A model generated the notes under the pieces. The model did no database searches. It was not told where the DNA came from and was given only the letters and a program-made list of their open reading frames with translations. A DNA stretch of 64,000 nucleotides from Octopus sinensis (lineage: Eukaryota): NCBI RefSeq assembly GCF_006345805.1, contig NC_042998.1:203484001-203548000 (forward strand), written 5' to 3'. Of this stretch, positions 49,418 through 63,312 are shown one piece after another (positions within the stretch are counted from its first letter, which is position 1; every line of letters begins with the position of its first letter). The translations under genes and the position numbers were made by a program.

Positions 49418-50601
49418 AAAAAGAATAAGATTAATTGTTTGGTTGTTTAATTGACCTAATACAATAATCCTTTAATGGAAGACATTCTGGCTGAAATCCT
49501 CCTTTCCAGTTACCATATATCTTGGACTACATTAATTTAGCCTTCTTTTTTATAAAAGCAATCATATGATATTTCTACAGCCATTTGGTTGCTATTTCTG
49601 TTTCTGTGCACCTATGGAGGAAACTTCTTTGTTTTTTCCTCCAGTGGCTGTCCACTTTGCTAAAAATTAATTCAAGAAAACCTGTTGATAGTTACCATGG
49701 TTACTCAAGAGGAGAGAACTCCAATGTTTTAAAGACTTTTATTCATAGCAGCATATTTTGAGCCCAGTGAAGAATTGGAGATTTGGGGTTGGTGCAGATA
49801 CAGTGTCTAATGTTTGACATACGATTAGGGGTAGATGCAGATACAGTGTCTAATGTTTGGTAAAGAGTGGGTGTAAATACAGGCATTCTTTGATGGTTGA
49901 TCAGACCTTATATGTGGTACCTTCACCTGCTAGAAATTGCTGCTAAATCTTCCTCAAATCATGCTCTGCCATATTAAAAAAAAAGGGAGACATTGGATAA
50001 TGTATTCTTAGATACACTATGACTGAAAACACATTTGCAATATAACAACAACCCTTCTAGATATCTCCCTTCTGCACAAATGTTGTTTAGCCCTTGGTTG
50101 GCCTTGATCAAGGGTTTTCCTACTGTGGCCATCCCGTGTGTTTGTGTATCAGTGATTATATTGTTTAATATGCCTTGTTCTAAAATAGTAGGGTGTGATT
50201 TGAGGAAGGTTTGGCTGTTATGTCTAGCATTCAAAGCCCTGTCTTTGACATGTTTTTTACCTTAGTCATTCATGCCAGTAAACCAACAGCTTTCAAAGAA
50301 CTGATCTTTGAAACGGAATGCAATGACTTGGATGATAAGTTTGCCACTGAGGAGTCTTCATTCTGCTGGTTCCAGAGCTGGAAATATCTTTGTAAATATC
50401 TGCAAATGTCCAAAAGAAAAAGACTTTGTTTCTTGCCAAGTTATGAAGTTTTAGCTTGGTGCAGGAGTGGCTGTGTAGTAAGAAGCTTGCTTACCGACCA
50501 CATGGTTCCGGGTTCAGTCACACTGCATGGCACCTTCTGCTATAGCCTCAGGCCGACCAAAGTCTTGTGAGTGGATTTGGTAGATGGAAACTAAAAGAAG
50601 C

Positions 50602-50654
<53 letters not shown>

Positions 50655-51866
50655 CAAAGATAAGTTCAATTGTCTAAAGTCGTAAGACACCTGCTGTTTT
50701 TGTCCCGTTATTACCATTCTTGTTTTTAATTTTATTTTTATTTTTTGTATTTATATTTTTGTGGCATCGTCCGTTTTTCTGTCCTTGTTTCGTATACATT
50801 CGATCCTTTTTCCAAGAAATCTAATGCTCGCAGCTTAGTTTTTCCTTGGGGCTGGCCGGATCTGAGCGATATCAAGATTAATCAGCTGAAATTTGCTAGG
50901 ACGATCCGGTTCCTGACTGAAGATTAGAGGCTTCGAATGACCCGTCCATTCTTTGTGTCGTCTCTTTGTGTTTTTTGCGTTCTTGTCCCATTTTGTATTT
51001 TTTATATATAATTTTTATACATATATATATATATATATATATATAGTTGGCGTTAGGAAGGGCATCCAGCTGTAGAAACACTGCCAGATCAGACTGGAAC
51101 CTTGTGCAGCCTCCTGGCTTCCCAGACTCCAGTTGAACTGTCCAACCCATGCTAGAATGGAAAACGGACGTTAAATGATGATAATGATGATGTGTGTGTG
51201 TATGTTTGTGTGTCTGTGTTTGTCCCCACACCATCGCTTGACAACCGATGTTGGTGTGTTTAATCCCCGTAACTTAGCAGTTCGCAAAAGAGACCGATAG
51301 AATAAGTACTAGGCTTAAAATGAATAAGTCTTGGGCTCGATTTGTTTGACTAAAGGCGGTGCTCCAGCATGGCCACAGTCAAATGACTGAAACAAGTAAA
51401 ACTGTATGTAATAGACTTATCAGGAGAGAAGGGTCCTGAATCCTTGCTCAACATTTCTCCATTTCTTGAAGGGAAGGGACACAAATGGTCCTCATGATCT
51501 TCAGAGAAGACTTGACCTCATGCTAGCCAGTATTTTATTAGCTCTAAAACAGATGAAAAGCAAAGCTGACCTCAATGAGATTTCGACTCTGAATAACAAA
51601 AAGCTAAACATTAACCACAAGGTATTTATTCTCTCATGCTATTAATAGCTGTGCTAATTGCCTTGCGCCTTCTAATCAAATCTTTTGACTCATTATAGGA
51701 GTATAAATGAGGATTTGAAGAAAATACCCCTCAGTTCACTATGAGGCCATCAACTTCACTCGGTTCAGTTTCTTTAAGTACTTCCTCTTCACATCCTTAT
51801 CACTTACATCAAATCAGAACTTTCTTGAGGAAGAGAAATTATTATTATTATTATTATTATTATTAA

Positions 51867-52228
51867 GGTGGTGAGTTAGCAGAATAATTGTTAGCTGGAT
51901 GAAATGCTTAGCGATATTTCACCCGTTGCTACACTCTGAGTTGAAATTCCACCAAGGTCGACTTTGCCTTTCGTCCTTTCAGGGTCGATAAAATAAGGAC
52001 CAGTTGAACACTGGGGTTGATGTAATCGATTCATCCCCATCCCCCAAAATTGCTGCCCTTGTGGCAAAATTCGAAACCATTGTTGTTGTTATTATAATTA
52101 TCATTATTATGGCTGCGAGCTGGCAGAATTGTTAGCACGCTGGATGAACTGCTTAGCAGTATTTCACCCATCACTACGTTCTGAGTTCAAATTCTACCAA
52201 GGTTGACTTTGTCTTTCATACTTTTGGG

Positions 52229-52282
<54 letters not shown>

Positions 52283-53915
52283 GTTTAGCGTCCGCTTTCC
52301 ATGCGGTTCAACGGTTCAACTGGGGTCTGGGAAGCCAGAAGGCTGCACCAGGCTCCAATCTTGATCTGGCAATGTTTCTACGGCTGGATGCCCTTCCTAA
52401 CGCCAACCACTCCATGAGTGTAGTGGGTGCTTTTTACGTGCCACCGGCACAGGGATCGATAAATTAATTACCATTCAAACACTGGGGTCAATGTAATTGA
52501 CCTCTCCCAAATTTTCAGGCCTTGTGCCTTTAGTAGAAAAGGTTATTATATTATTATTAAGGTGGTGAGTTAGCAGAATAATTGTTAGCTGGATGAAATG
52601 CTTAGCGATATTTCACCCGTTGCTACACTCTGAGTTGAAATTCCACCAAGGTCGACTTTGCCTTTCGTCCTTTCAGGGTCGATAAAATAAGGACCAGTTG
52701 AACACTGGGGTTGATGTAATCGATTCATCCCCATCCCCCAAAATTGCTGCCCTTGTGGCAAAATTCGAAACCATGTTGTTGTTGTTGTTATTATAATTAT
52801 CATTATTATGGCTGCGAGCTGGCAGAATTGTTAGCACGCTGGACGAACTGCTTAGCAGTATTTCACCCATCACTACGTTCTGAGTTCAAATTCTACCAAG
52901 GTTGACTTTGTCTTTCATACTTTTGGGATCATCATCATCATCATCATCATCATCATCGTTTAGCGTCCGCTTTCCATGCGGTTCAACGGTTCAACTGGGG
53001 TCTGGGAAGCCAGAAGGCTGCACCAGGCTCCAATCTTGATCTGGCAATGTTTCTACGGCTGGATGCCCTTCCTAACGCCAACCACTCCATGAGTGTAGTG
53101 GGTGCTTTTTACGTGCCACCGGCACAGGGATCGATAAATTAATTACCATTCAAACACTGGGGTCAATGTAATTGACCTCTCCCAAATTTTGAGGCCTTGT
53201 GCCTTTAGTAGAAAAGGTTATTATTATATTATTATTAAGGTGGTGAGTTAGCAGAATAATTGTTAGCTGGATGAAATGCTTAGCGATATTTCACCCGTTG
53301 CTACACTCTGAGTTGAAATTCCACCAAGGTCGACTTTGCCTTTCGTCCTTTCAGGGTCGATAAAATAAGGACCAGTTGAACACTGGGGTTGATGTAATCG
53401 ATTCATCCCCATCCCCCAAAATTGCTGCCCTTGTGGCAAAATTCGAAACCATTGTTGTTGTTGTTGTTATTATAATTATCATTATTATGGCTGCGAGCTG
53501 GCAGAATTGTTAGCACGCTGGACGAACTGCTTAGCAGTATTTCACCCATCACTACGTTCTGAGTTCAAATTCTACCAAGGTTGACTTTGTCTTTCATACT
53601 TTTGGGATCATCATCATCATCATCATCATCATCATCGTTTAGCGTCCGCTTTCCATGCGGTTCAACGGTTCAACTGGGGTCTGGGAAGCCAGAAGGCTGC
53701 ACCAGGCTCCAATCTTGATCTGGCAATGTTTCTACGGCTGGATGCCCTTCCTAACGCCAACCACTCCATGAGTGTAGTGGGTGCTTTTTACGTGCCACCG
53801 GCACAGGGATCGATAAATTAATTACCATTCAAACACTGGGGTCAATGTAATTGACCTCTCCCAAATTTTCAGGCCTTGTGCCTTTAGTAGAAAAGGTTAT
53901 TATTATTATTATTAA
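51867..53915. repeat. Three tandem ~680-bp units built from family B and C SINE pieces
   Basis: Unit starts 51867, 52561, 53239 (periods 694, 678, 677); differences lie mainly in (ATC)n and (GTT)n lengths. Confidence 0.95.
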
Positions 53916-54359
53916 GGCAGTGAGCTGGCAGAATCATCAACACACCATTTTTGCAGCATTTATTCTGTTCTTAGATTCTGAGTTCAAATTCTGCTGAGGT
54001 CAAATTTGCCTTTCGTCCTTTTGGGGTTGATAAATTAAGTACCAGTTGCGTACTGGTGTCGATCTAATCGACTGATCCCCACCCCCCCTAAAATTTCAGG
54101 CCTTGTGCTTATAGTAGAAAGGATTATTGTTAACGTGGTGTGCTGGCAAAATTGTTAGCTTGCCGGGTGAAAAGCTTAGCAGTATTTTTGTCTGTCTTCA
54201 CATTCTGAGTTCAAATTCTGATGAGGTCAACTTTGCCTTTCATCCTTTCGGGGGTCGATAAATAAAGTACCAGTGAAATACTGAGGTCGATGTAATCAAC
54301 TCCTCACCTCCCCCAAAATGGCTGCCCTTGTGGAAAAATTTGAAACCATTATCGTAGTT

Positions 54360-54765
54360 TTGGCTAGTGCCCCCTGACTTGCTCCTGTGCCGGTGGTACA
54401 TAAAAAGCACCGTCCGAATGTGGTCGATGCCAGTACCCCCTGACTGGCTCTTGTGCCAGTGGCACATAAAACCATCTGAACATGGCTGATACCAGTACCT
54501 CCAGTCTGGCTTCCGTGCCAGTGGCATGTAAAAAGCACCATCCGAACTTGATCGATGCCAGGCCCACCTGACTGGCTCCTATGCCAGTAGCACGTAAAAA
54601 GTACCCACTGCACTCTTGGAGTGGTTGACGTTAGGAAGATCATCGAGCTGTAGAAACATTGCCAGATCAGATTGGAGCCTGGTGCAGCCACTGGCTCTCC
54701 AGACCTCAGTTAAACCATCCAACCCACACCAGCATGGAAAATGGATGTTAAATGATGAACGATGA
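54360..54765 (+). mobile_element. SINE family C with internal tandem subrepeats
   Basis: Repeated GCCAGTGGCA(T/C)(G/A)TAAAAAGCACC units before the core. Confidence 0.8.
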
Positions 54766-55015
54766 TGTGGCAAGCTGGCAGAATCATTAGCATGTCTGAC
54801 AAGATGTTTAGCACTATCTTTTTCTGACATTTCATGTTCTGAGTTCAAATCCTGTTGGTCAACTTTACCATTGATCCTTTTGGGTTTGGTGAAACCCGTA
54901 TCTGTTGAGCCCTTCTTCTAAAACTACCTGGCTTTGTGTGACAATTAGAAACCATTCTATTGCTTTTGTTGTTATTACTAGTAGTGATGGTATAAATAAT
55001 CGTAATAATAATAAT

Positions 55016-55385
55016 AATCATGGATTATATTTTCCACCTAAATGTGGTGGACCCATAGGGGACGTTGCCACTGTTGTTTATAGCCCCAGGAAGACATCTC
55101 CTCCAGCTGGCTAAACACACATTGTCTGTGTCCGATCAGTATTTGTGAAGGAAAATCATCACTTCCATCTCTAGCCTTATGTGATGCACACGGACCCTGG
55201 TTTCTGGATAGTAACCCATCATTAGCGTGTGACAACCACCAGCTTGTGATGAAAACTCAGATTAAACGCAAAATACTATATGCTTTTTAGCCAGCTGGAG
55301 GAGATGTCTTCCTGTGGTTATAAACAACAGTAGCATTGTCCCTTATTGGTCCGCCACATTTAGGTGGTAAATATACTTCATGATT
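55016..55385. mobile_element. MITE-like element with ~100-bp imperfect inverted arms
   Basis: 55016-55115 is the reverse complement of 55286-55385 (GGAAGACATCTCCTCCAGCTGGCTAAA / TTTAGCCAGCTGGAGGAGATGTCTTCC). Confidence 0.8.
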
Positions 55386-55499
55386 CTGTGTTGCTACTGG
55401 TTACGTCTCACTCAGAGATTTATTATTGCTTAATAATAATAATCCTTTCTTCATTGGCCACAAGGGCTGAACACAAAACAAGCAGGGATGATACACTAC

Positions 55500-55990
55500 A
55501 AGGGACAAGTAGGGTGTTGAACAACAATAAGTAACAAAAACAAACAATAATAATAATTTCCCAAAAGGGGAAAATTCCTCACAGGGAAAGCCGAGGAACT
55601 CCGCACATTCTGGTTATTCTGACCATCAGATACACCTCAGCAGGTGCCTCGCTCCTTTTCAACTCCTCTAGTTTACAAATGAAAGTTCAGAGTAGGACCA
55701 TTCATATGGGCCATCCTCACCACATACACCCACCTTTCAGCAAATTCACGGGGGGGGGGGAGAACTCCCCTCTCTACACTCATTTGCCTTTTCAAGTGGA
55801 ACTTTGAAAAGTCGATGAGGGCTTGGCCAAAGAGGAGAGTGTCTGTCTTCAGTCCTTTCAATCTCGTCCACCACACCACTTCCTTCATCATAGCCACCAG
55901 ACAGAGGAAAACTGTCTTTTCTTCCTGGCTGGTTTCTAATTTAGGTTCAAAGCCAGAAGACTGGTAGTTGATGATATTGACCCAAGTATT
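55500..55990 (-). mobile_element. 3' end of an L1/Tx1-like LINE
   Basis: KTVFLCLVAMMKEVVWWTRLKGL resembles the L1-group K..IW..RN motif; homologous to 29320-29800. Confidence 0.55.
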
Positions 55991-57231
55991 TGACTGGTAC
56001 ATAGTTTATTGCTCTATGCTCTTATTAGTAGTAATTATTGGCAGAATTAGTAGTTATAAGGGCATGGAACTGGCAAAATTGTTAGTGTTCGGAAAAAATG
56101 TGTTACCTCATTTGTTCCAACATTTTACATTCTGAATTCAAATCCTGCTGAGGTCAACTTTATCTTTCAGCTTTCTAGGGTCAATAAAATAAAGTACCAG
56201 TTAATTACTAGGGTCAATAATAATAGACTAACCCCCTTCCCTCAAAATTACTGGTGTTGTACCAAAATTAGAGGCAACTGTCACTAATTGTTATTGTTGT
56301 TTTGATCTTTGTCAGATCTCATTGGATAAATCTATGTTCAAAAGTGTTTCAGCCATGACCATCCCATTTTTTTATTTAAACGTCCTGTATTTTATGTATT
56401 TTTGTTAAGAGAAATTTATCTGCTGTTTTGTATCTTGGGAGGGTAATTTTGCCAATAATAAACACATGCACTGGTTCTGTTTCACTTCTTTGTCAATTGG
56501 TTAGCCTTTTAACCAGTTAACTGATTGTTTAATTAATCATTCTATCTATCAGTCAATCAGTTAGGCTTGTCAAAGCCTTTTCATCACCATTCAAGGCCTC
56601 ATCAACTGACACACCCTCTCTATTCCAGATCTGCTTCTGGTCTGTTTGTCTTTTAATCAAGCAATCAATTACTTAATTGGTTAAATTCTGAGATACAACA
56701 AAATGTTTCAACTCCACAGTTCACATCAAGAATGGTGCAAACCAAATACAAAAGCAAAATTGACTGCTATTTCTAGTAAGTGACCACATAAAGGGCTTCT
56801 ATTGTTTTGTTATTATTGTAAAGACAGCCAAGGTACACCGGCCAAAATACTTAGGGGCATTTCTTCTGACTTTACATTCTGAGTTCAAATCCTGCTGAGG
56901 GCTACTTTTGGGGTTCATTAAAATAAATATCAGTTGAACAAAGGACTTAATGTAACTGACTTCATCATTGCTGGTCTTGGGCCAAAATTAAAAAGAATTA
57001 TTGTAAGCGCAGCCAGGCTGGCAAATTGGCAGAATCATCAGAGTTGTATTTCTTCCAACCCTTAATGTTCTGGGTTCAAGTCTTGCTGAAGCCAACTTTG
57101 CTTTTAAACAGTTGATAAAGTACCTGCCATGTCCCCCTTTGGGGTCATCCATTGTCAACAACACACACACATACAAACGCACACATACAAACATACACAC
57201 ACCGACACACACGCACACGCACACACACACG

Positions 57232-57266
<35 letters not shown>

Positions 57267-57974
57267 ACACTGACACACACACACACACCGACACACACAC
57301 ACACACATGCAAGCACATGTCTCTGTTAATCTTTCTCTTTCTGAAATGCCTAGAGATTAGGGTCTTGCACTCATGCTAGCTTGATTCTCGACCTGAGCAG
57401 CACATTGCGATCTTGAGCAAAACACATCACTTCACATTGCTCTGCGGGTGCGAGAGCAGCAGAATCATTAGCACACCAGCAGACATGCTTTACGCTATAT
57501 CTTCCAACTGTCTACATTCTGAGTTCAAATCCCACCAGCTTGAAGAAGGCAATGGGAAACCACCCCAGTATTCATTCCATGTCTAGTCATGGTAACTGAA
57601 GTTCCAGTAATCCACTTAACCGTAGTAGGGGAGGGTACGGGTCCTTCCAGGTCATATATAAAGTGCTGGAGAAGGTTCACATGCACAGGACCTCCTGCCC
57701 AAGGGCAGACCACCTCTAGACTAGATCACCAATGAGGGAATCTCTGTGTTGCGTTTAATCTGCTAAAAATAGTAGCCAAAAGTCCCTCATATTGTTTCTT
57801 ACCATCTAAAAGAAAAATGCAAGTACACTTTAGTTTAATTAAACTTGAGTCTAAATATGTCTGGAAAATGGTGGATTATGGTTTTGGAATGTCTTTGATC
57901 ATAGGAATGCACAACCAGGGCTGACCAGCTAAGAGCTACACTGTACCAATTGCTACTGCAGTAAATAATACAAC

Positions 57975-58535
57975 CTACTAGAAATAGCAGCCATCTGAAC
58001 GTGGTCGATGCCAGCCCCGTCACCCTGACTGGCTCTCGTGCTGGTGGCACATAAAAATCACTGGCTTCTGTGCTGGTGGCATGTAAAAAGCACCATCTGA
58101 ACATGGCCGATGCCAGCACCACCCTGACTGGCTCCCATGCCAGTGGCATGTAAAAAGCACCATCTGATTATGGTTGATGCCAGCCCACTTGCCCTAACTG
58201 GCTCCCATGCCAGTGGCATGTAAAAAGCACCATCTGATTATGGTTGATGCCAGCTCACTTGCCCTAACTGGCTTCTGTGCCAGTGGTATGTAAAAAGCAC
58301 CATCCAAATGTGGCCAATGCCAGCCCCCTCTGGCCCCTGTGCTGGTGGCACGTAAAAAGCACCCAGTACACTCACAGAGTGGTTGGCATTAGGAAGGGCA
58401 TCAAGCTGTAGAAACACTGCCAGATCTGACTGGAGTCTGGTGCAGCTTCCTGGCTTCCCAGACCCCAGTTGAACCATCCAACCCATGCCAGCAAGGAAAG
58501 TGGACGTTAAACAATGATGATGATGATGATGATGA
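57975..58535 (+). mobile_element. SINE family C with about six internal ~60-bp subrepeats
   Basis: Tandem CATCTGA...GATGCCAGC...ACTGGCTC...GCCAGTGGCATGTAAAAAGCAC units; (GAT)n tail. Confidence 0.85.
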
Positions 58536-59239
58536 TCTCCTTCAACCACATCTTACCATCTTAACCACAGCAAAGTCATTAGAAAAAGCAATCTTCGATT
58601 ACCCTAAAAAGTTGAGATGGTCATGGCTGGAACACCTTTCATCATAGGGCTGTTTGATCGGGGGCAGACCTGGGGCTAAATGCCAGCATGTAGACTTAGG
58701 GCTGGGTAGATTCGACCCTAAGGTGGGGTAGGATTAAGAACTTTAATCCATACACTGCAGGGACAGCAGCTAACCATCACTATCACAAGCTTGACTTGCT
58801 AGAAATAACAACCAATTCCCTCGTATATCCCGTGAAGAACATATTAAATAATGTAGTCCTGGCAATGCCGTGTGCTGGGGTGGGAGAATAAAAGACAGAA
58901 TGGCTATATTAATCATGCTTTTCATCCTAGGCCTGTCTGCTGGATCAGGTGTAGCCTGGGGTTAAACAACATTAAACAGTTATCATGAGCCTCAGTGTAG
59001 TTTCTCAAGCAGCTAGAAATAGCAGCCAAATATCTTTTATATCACAGCCTTCAGCTTTATAAATATGAAGGACATGTTGAATGATATAGTCTAAGATACA
59101 CCATCATCATCATCATCATCATCATATGTCTGTTAGGTGGATTGGGGATGGTACAGCTGGACCTAGGGTTAAACAGCAACAATAACAGTTGTTACCACTG
59201 GTATTAGCATTGTTTGGGAAACACCTTCATCACCACATT

Positions 59240-59815
59240 GACCACCACCACCACCACCACCACCACCACCACACCATCATCATCACCACCACCACCACCA
59301 CCATCACCACCACCACCACCACCACAACCACCACAAGCAACACCACCACCACCACCACCACCACCACCACCACCGCCACCACCACCACCACCACCACCAC
59401 TACCACCACCACCACTACCAGCACCATAACAGTTACCACCACTCTTACTACTACTACTACTTCTGCTACCACCACTATCACTACTACTACTATTAGCACC
59501 ACCAGTGCTACTACAACTAATACTACCACCACCAACTACTATTACTACTACTATCACCACCACTACTATAACCACTACTACTACTACCACCACCAGAGCC
59601 ACTACTACTACTATCACCACCACCACCATCTCTACTACCACCACCACAACCACTACTACCACCACCACCACCACTACTACTACTACCACCACCACCACCA
59701 CTACTACTACTATCACCAGCACTACTACTACTACTACTACTACTTACTACTACTATACTATTACTACTACCAACAACACCAACTCTATTACCACCACCAC
59801 CACCATCACCACTAC
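59240..59815. repeat. Long (ACC/ACT)n compound trinucleotide tract
   Basis: Direct inspection. Confidence 0.95.
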
Positions 59816-60569
59816 TGCTATTAGTTGCACTCGCTTGCACCCCAACTTATTGTACTGAGTACACTCAATTAGTTGGTTCGGGTGAGTGAGGGTGGGTCGA
59901 TGTGGGGCAGTATTAGGCAAGTTTGGTATGGCGGGAGGTGGGGGTAGACTTATCTGCATATTTCTATTGTTCCTTAACCTTTTTGTCAGTGCCATCAAAA
60001 AAAAACCTCTTCCACCTCACATCTACCCTACTTTGCCCCACCACCCACCCCCAACCCGTCCTACCTCCAGATGTCCCAACCTACCATTAATACACACCTT
60101 CTGCATGGGTTCTTGCTGATATTCTGTCTGGAATAACCATTTTTCTTGCTACCAGATCTTCTCTAACAAAACTTTGATATCTTCACTTTCGATAAACAAA
60201 TACAATATGTCTGCTGAAGTTGTCTTCACACCCCTCTCCCTCTTTCTCCCCTTCTCTCTCTCCCTCTCTCCCTCTCCCTCCCTCTCTCCCCTTTCCCTCC
60301 CCTCTCCCCCCTCTCTAGTCTTTTCTGCTTTTTCATTCCCTCATTCCCTTTGCATTTCCTCTGCATTTTTTCCTTCCCTTTTCCTTATTTCTTGTCCATC
60401 ACTTGTTCTTTTTCTGTCTATCCTCCCTCAGTGTATTACTGGTGTGTATTTCTTGAACAGTTCTGTAGACAATAGTTTACAGTGCAGCTCCACATTACTC
60501 AAAATTTAAACTTTTAAAAACCATACAAATGTGAAACCGGTTGAGTGCATTAATTCTTTTTTTTTTAAT

Positions 60570-60940
60570 TCTTTTTTATTTGTTCCAGTCATTTGACTGT
60601 GGTCATGCTGGAGCACCACCTTTAGTCGAACAAATCGACCCCAGGACTTATTCTTTGTAAGCTTAATACTTATTCTATCGGTCACTTTTGCTGAACCGCT
60701 AAGTTACGGGGAGGTAGACATGCCACCATCAGTTGTCAAGCAATGCTGGAGGACAAACACACACACACACATATATACACGACGGGCTTCTTTCAGTTTC
60801 CGCCTACCAAATCCACTCACAAGGCTTTGGTCGGCCTGAGGCTATAGTAGAAGACACTTGCCCAAGGTGCCACGCAGTGAGACTGAACCCAGAACCATGT
60901 GGCTGGTAAGCAAGCTACTTACCACACAGCCACTCCTGCG
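60570..60940 (-). mobile_element. SINE family A
   Basis: Homology to other copies. Confidence 0.85.
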
Positions 60941-61019
60941 GTTGAGTGCATTAATGTTAATATAAATAAATCTTCGTGTGTGTGTTTGTGTATTTTCCTT
61001 GCATTTATATCTTCTGTAT

Positions 61020-61710
61020 GTATTTGTGATGATATACAACCGAGTGAGATTGTAGTCATGGCCGATGCCAGTGCTGTCTGATTGGCACCTGTGCAGGGGA
61101 CATGTAAAAAGCATCATTTGTGCTTTGGGCCTCATGGAGGCAAACCAAGTGACATTGTAGTTATGGCCAATGCGAGTGTCACATAACTGGCCTGTTAAAA
61201 GCACCCTTCAATTGTTGAGCAATATGATGTTTCTTGTGAAGACCTGTTGGACTGAGTGAAATCGTAGTCATGGTCAATGCCAGTGCCGCCTGACTGGCAC
61301 CCATGCCAGTGGCATGGAAAAAGCACCATTCAAGCATTGGGCCTCATGAAGGCAGTGGACAGGTGACCAAGACCCTTGGTGATATACCGTGCTTGTGTTG
61401 ACCTGTCAAGACAAGTGAGACCATAGTTGTGGCTGATGCCAGTGTCTGGTCGATGGCACCTGTGCCGGTGGCACGTAAAAAGCACCATTTGAGTGTTGAC
61501 CTGTCAAGACAAGTTAAACCAGTCGTAGCTGATGCTGGTATTAGGTCAATGGCACCCATGCCGGTGGCATGTAAAATGCACCCACTACACTTTTGCAGTT
61601 GTTGGCATTAGGAAGGGCATCCAGCTGTAGAAATGTTGCCAAATCAGATTGGAACATGGTCCAACCCATACCAGCATGGAAAGCAGATGTTAAACAATGA
61701 TGATGATATG
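61020..61710 (+). mobile_element. SINE family C, long variant with diverged subrepeats
   Basis: Subrepeats followed by TTAGGAAGGGCATCCAGC core and (GAT)n tail. Confidence 0.75.
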
Positions 61711-61726
61711 AGGATATTATTAATAG

Positions 61727-61903
61727 TTCTATATCTAAGAGATGAGGAATTATGTACATTATTTACATTATTTACATTTGACGGATATTTGTTCTCATCT
61801 TGTTTGTTGCTAACACAACATTTCAGCTGATATACCCTCCTGCCTTCATCAGGTGTCTTGGGGAAATTTAGAACCTGGGTTTTCATTCCTAAGGTATTTT
61901 TGA

Positions 61904-61940
<37 letters not shown>

Positions 61941-62104
61941 ATTATTATTATTCAGGTTACTACCTGGAATTGAACTCAGAATCTTGGGGTTAGTAGCCCG
62001 CGCTCTTAACCACAAGACACCTGATGACGGCTGGAGGGTATATGAGCTGAAACGTTGTGTTAACAACAATCAAGATGAGGACAAATATCCATCAAATGTA
62101 AATA
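61727..62104 (-). mobile_element. tRNA-headed hammerhead-tail element, copy 3, with 5' inverted tail and 13-bp TSD
   Basis: Element on minus strand 62013 to 61727; inverted tail copy 62014-62104; ATATTATTAATAG at 61714-61726 and 62105-62117. Confidence 0.85.
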
Positions 62105-62648
62105 ATATTATTAATAGCTGTCACCTTTTAACTCCATTGAAAGGGAGACACACCACAGCACAGTCAAGAAGTGCACTGATGCATCCAGAAGCCATACATA
62201 AACAAATATGCATAGGCAAGCATACCTATAGAAGGGGGTTCGTACACTTAGGGTCCCATACACACACTTGCATCATACTCATCATCATTTAACGTCTACC
62301 TTCCATGCTAGCATGGGTAGGACTTATACTAATGAACAATGAATTTGTTGTTAATGAGCTACAATTGTTAATATTCATTCACTCTTCTATTAAGACAAGG
62401 AGTCATGTAAGCAGAATGAGCATAGTATAATTGATGGATATATTCCATTATCACATGTGATGACAATTGTCATCAATGCTGTTTTCAAGCAAGGTAATAT
62501 TTGCTACATGGCCAGAGAGATCTTTCACAAAAGACAGCTAAATGAACAGCCTTACTTGTATGACACAGATACATGCATGCACACACACACACTGTCTTTC
62601 TGCTCGCCCTCTTACTTTTCCTCCCAGTCTCTGATACAACCATAACTT

Positions 62649-63312
62649 AGCAGGATTTAGGCTAGTTGAAATATGTTTGCCACGTATTTCAACTGCTAAA
62701 AGGCAAATACTATGCAGTTATGGTAGAGAAAAAAAAAATCTCATATGGTAAAATGGTGTGAAAACACCTGTTTCATTCAATGTCACCATCTATTAGGAAT
62801 CCCAGACATCGACGTTTTGAGTTTTTTGACACTTGTCAATGAGATGTACCTGAGAAAGGTAACTCTGAATGAACTTAATAAAGCTGTTGCTTTATGTATA
62901 ATCCAGTCAACACGTTGACTGATTTGCACGAGTAGATTGCCTGATTGGGGTAAACAACTAGCTTAAATTCTGCTCATATCTAAACACTGCTTTGTGGTAG
63001 CATTTGTTGTTTACCTTGATTGGGCAATCTACTTGTACAAGTAAGCCAACATCTTGACTGAATTATATATAAAGCTATGACTTTATTAAATTCATTCAGA
63101 GTTACCCCCCTTAGGCACATCTCATTGACAAAAGTCCAAAAACTCAAAACATCAATGTTTTGAATTCCTAATAGATGGCAACACTGAACTGTGTGTTTTC
63201 ACACCTTTTTACCATAAGAGAGATTTTTTTCTCTCTACCATAACTGCAGTGTATTTGCCTTTTAGCAGTTGAAATATGTGACAAACGTATTTCAACTAAC
63301 CTAAATGTTGCT
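62649..63312. repeat. Foldback-like imperfect palindrome, ~310-bp arms, 47-bp spacer
   Basis: 62649-62958 matches the reverse complement of 63006-63312 (ATTTCAACTGCTAAAAGGCAAATAC / GTATTTGCCTTTTAGCAGTTGAAAT; GGTAACTCTGAATGAA / TTCATTCAGAGTTACC). Confidence 0.85.

Noticed and set aside
50211-50570. 119-aa ORF as a downstream RAPSN exon
   Set aside because: No rapsyn similarity; runs into a SINE A head.
59189-59858. Poly-Thr/His/Tyr/Val ORFs up to 211 aa
   Set aside because: Compound trinucleotide repeat lacking stops by composition.
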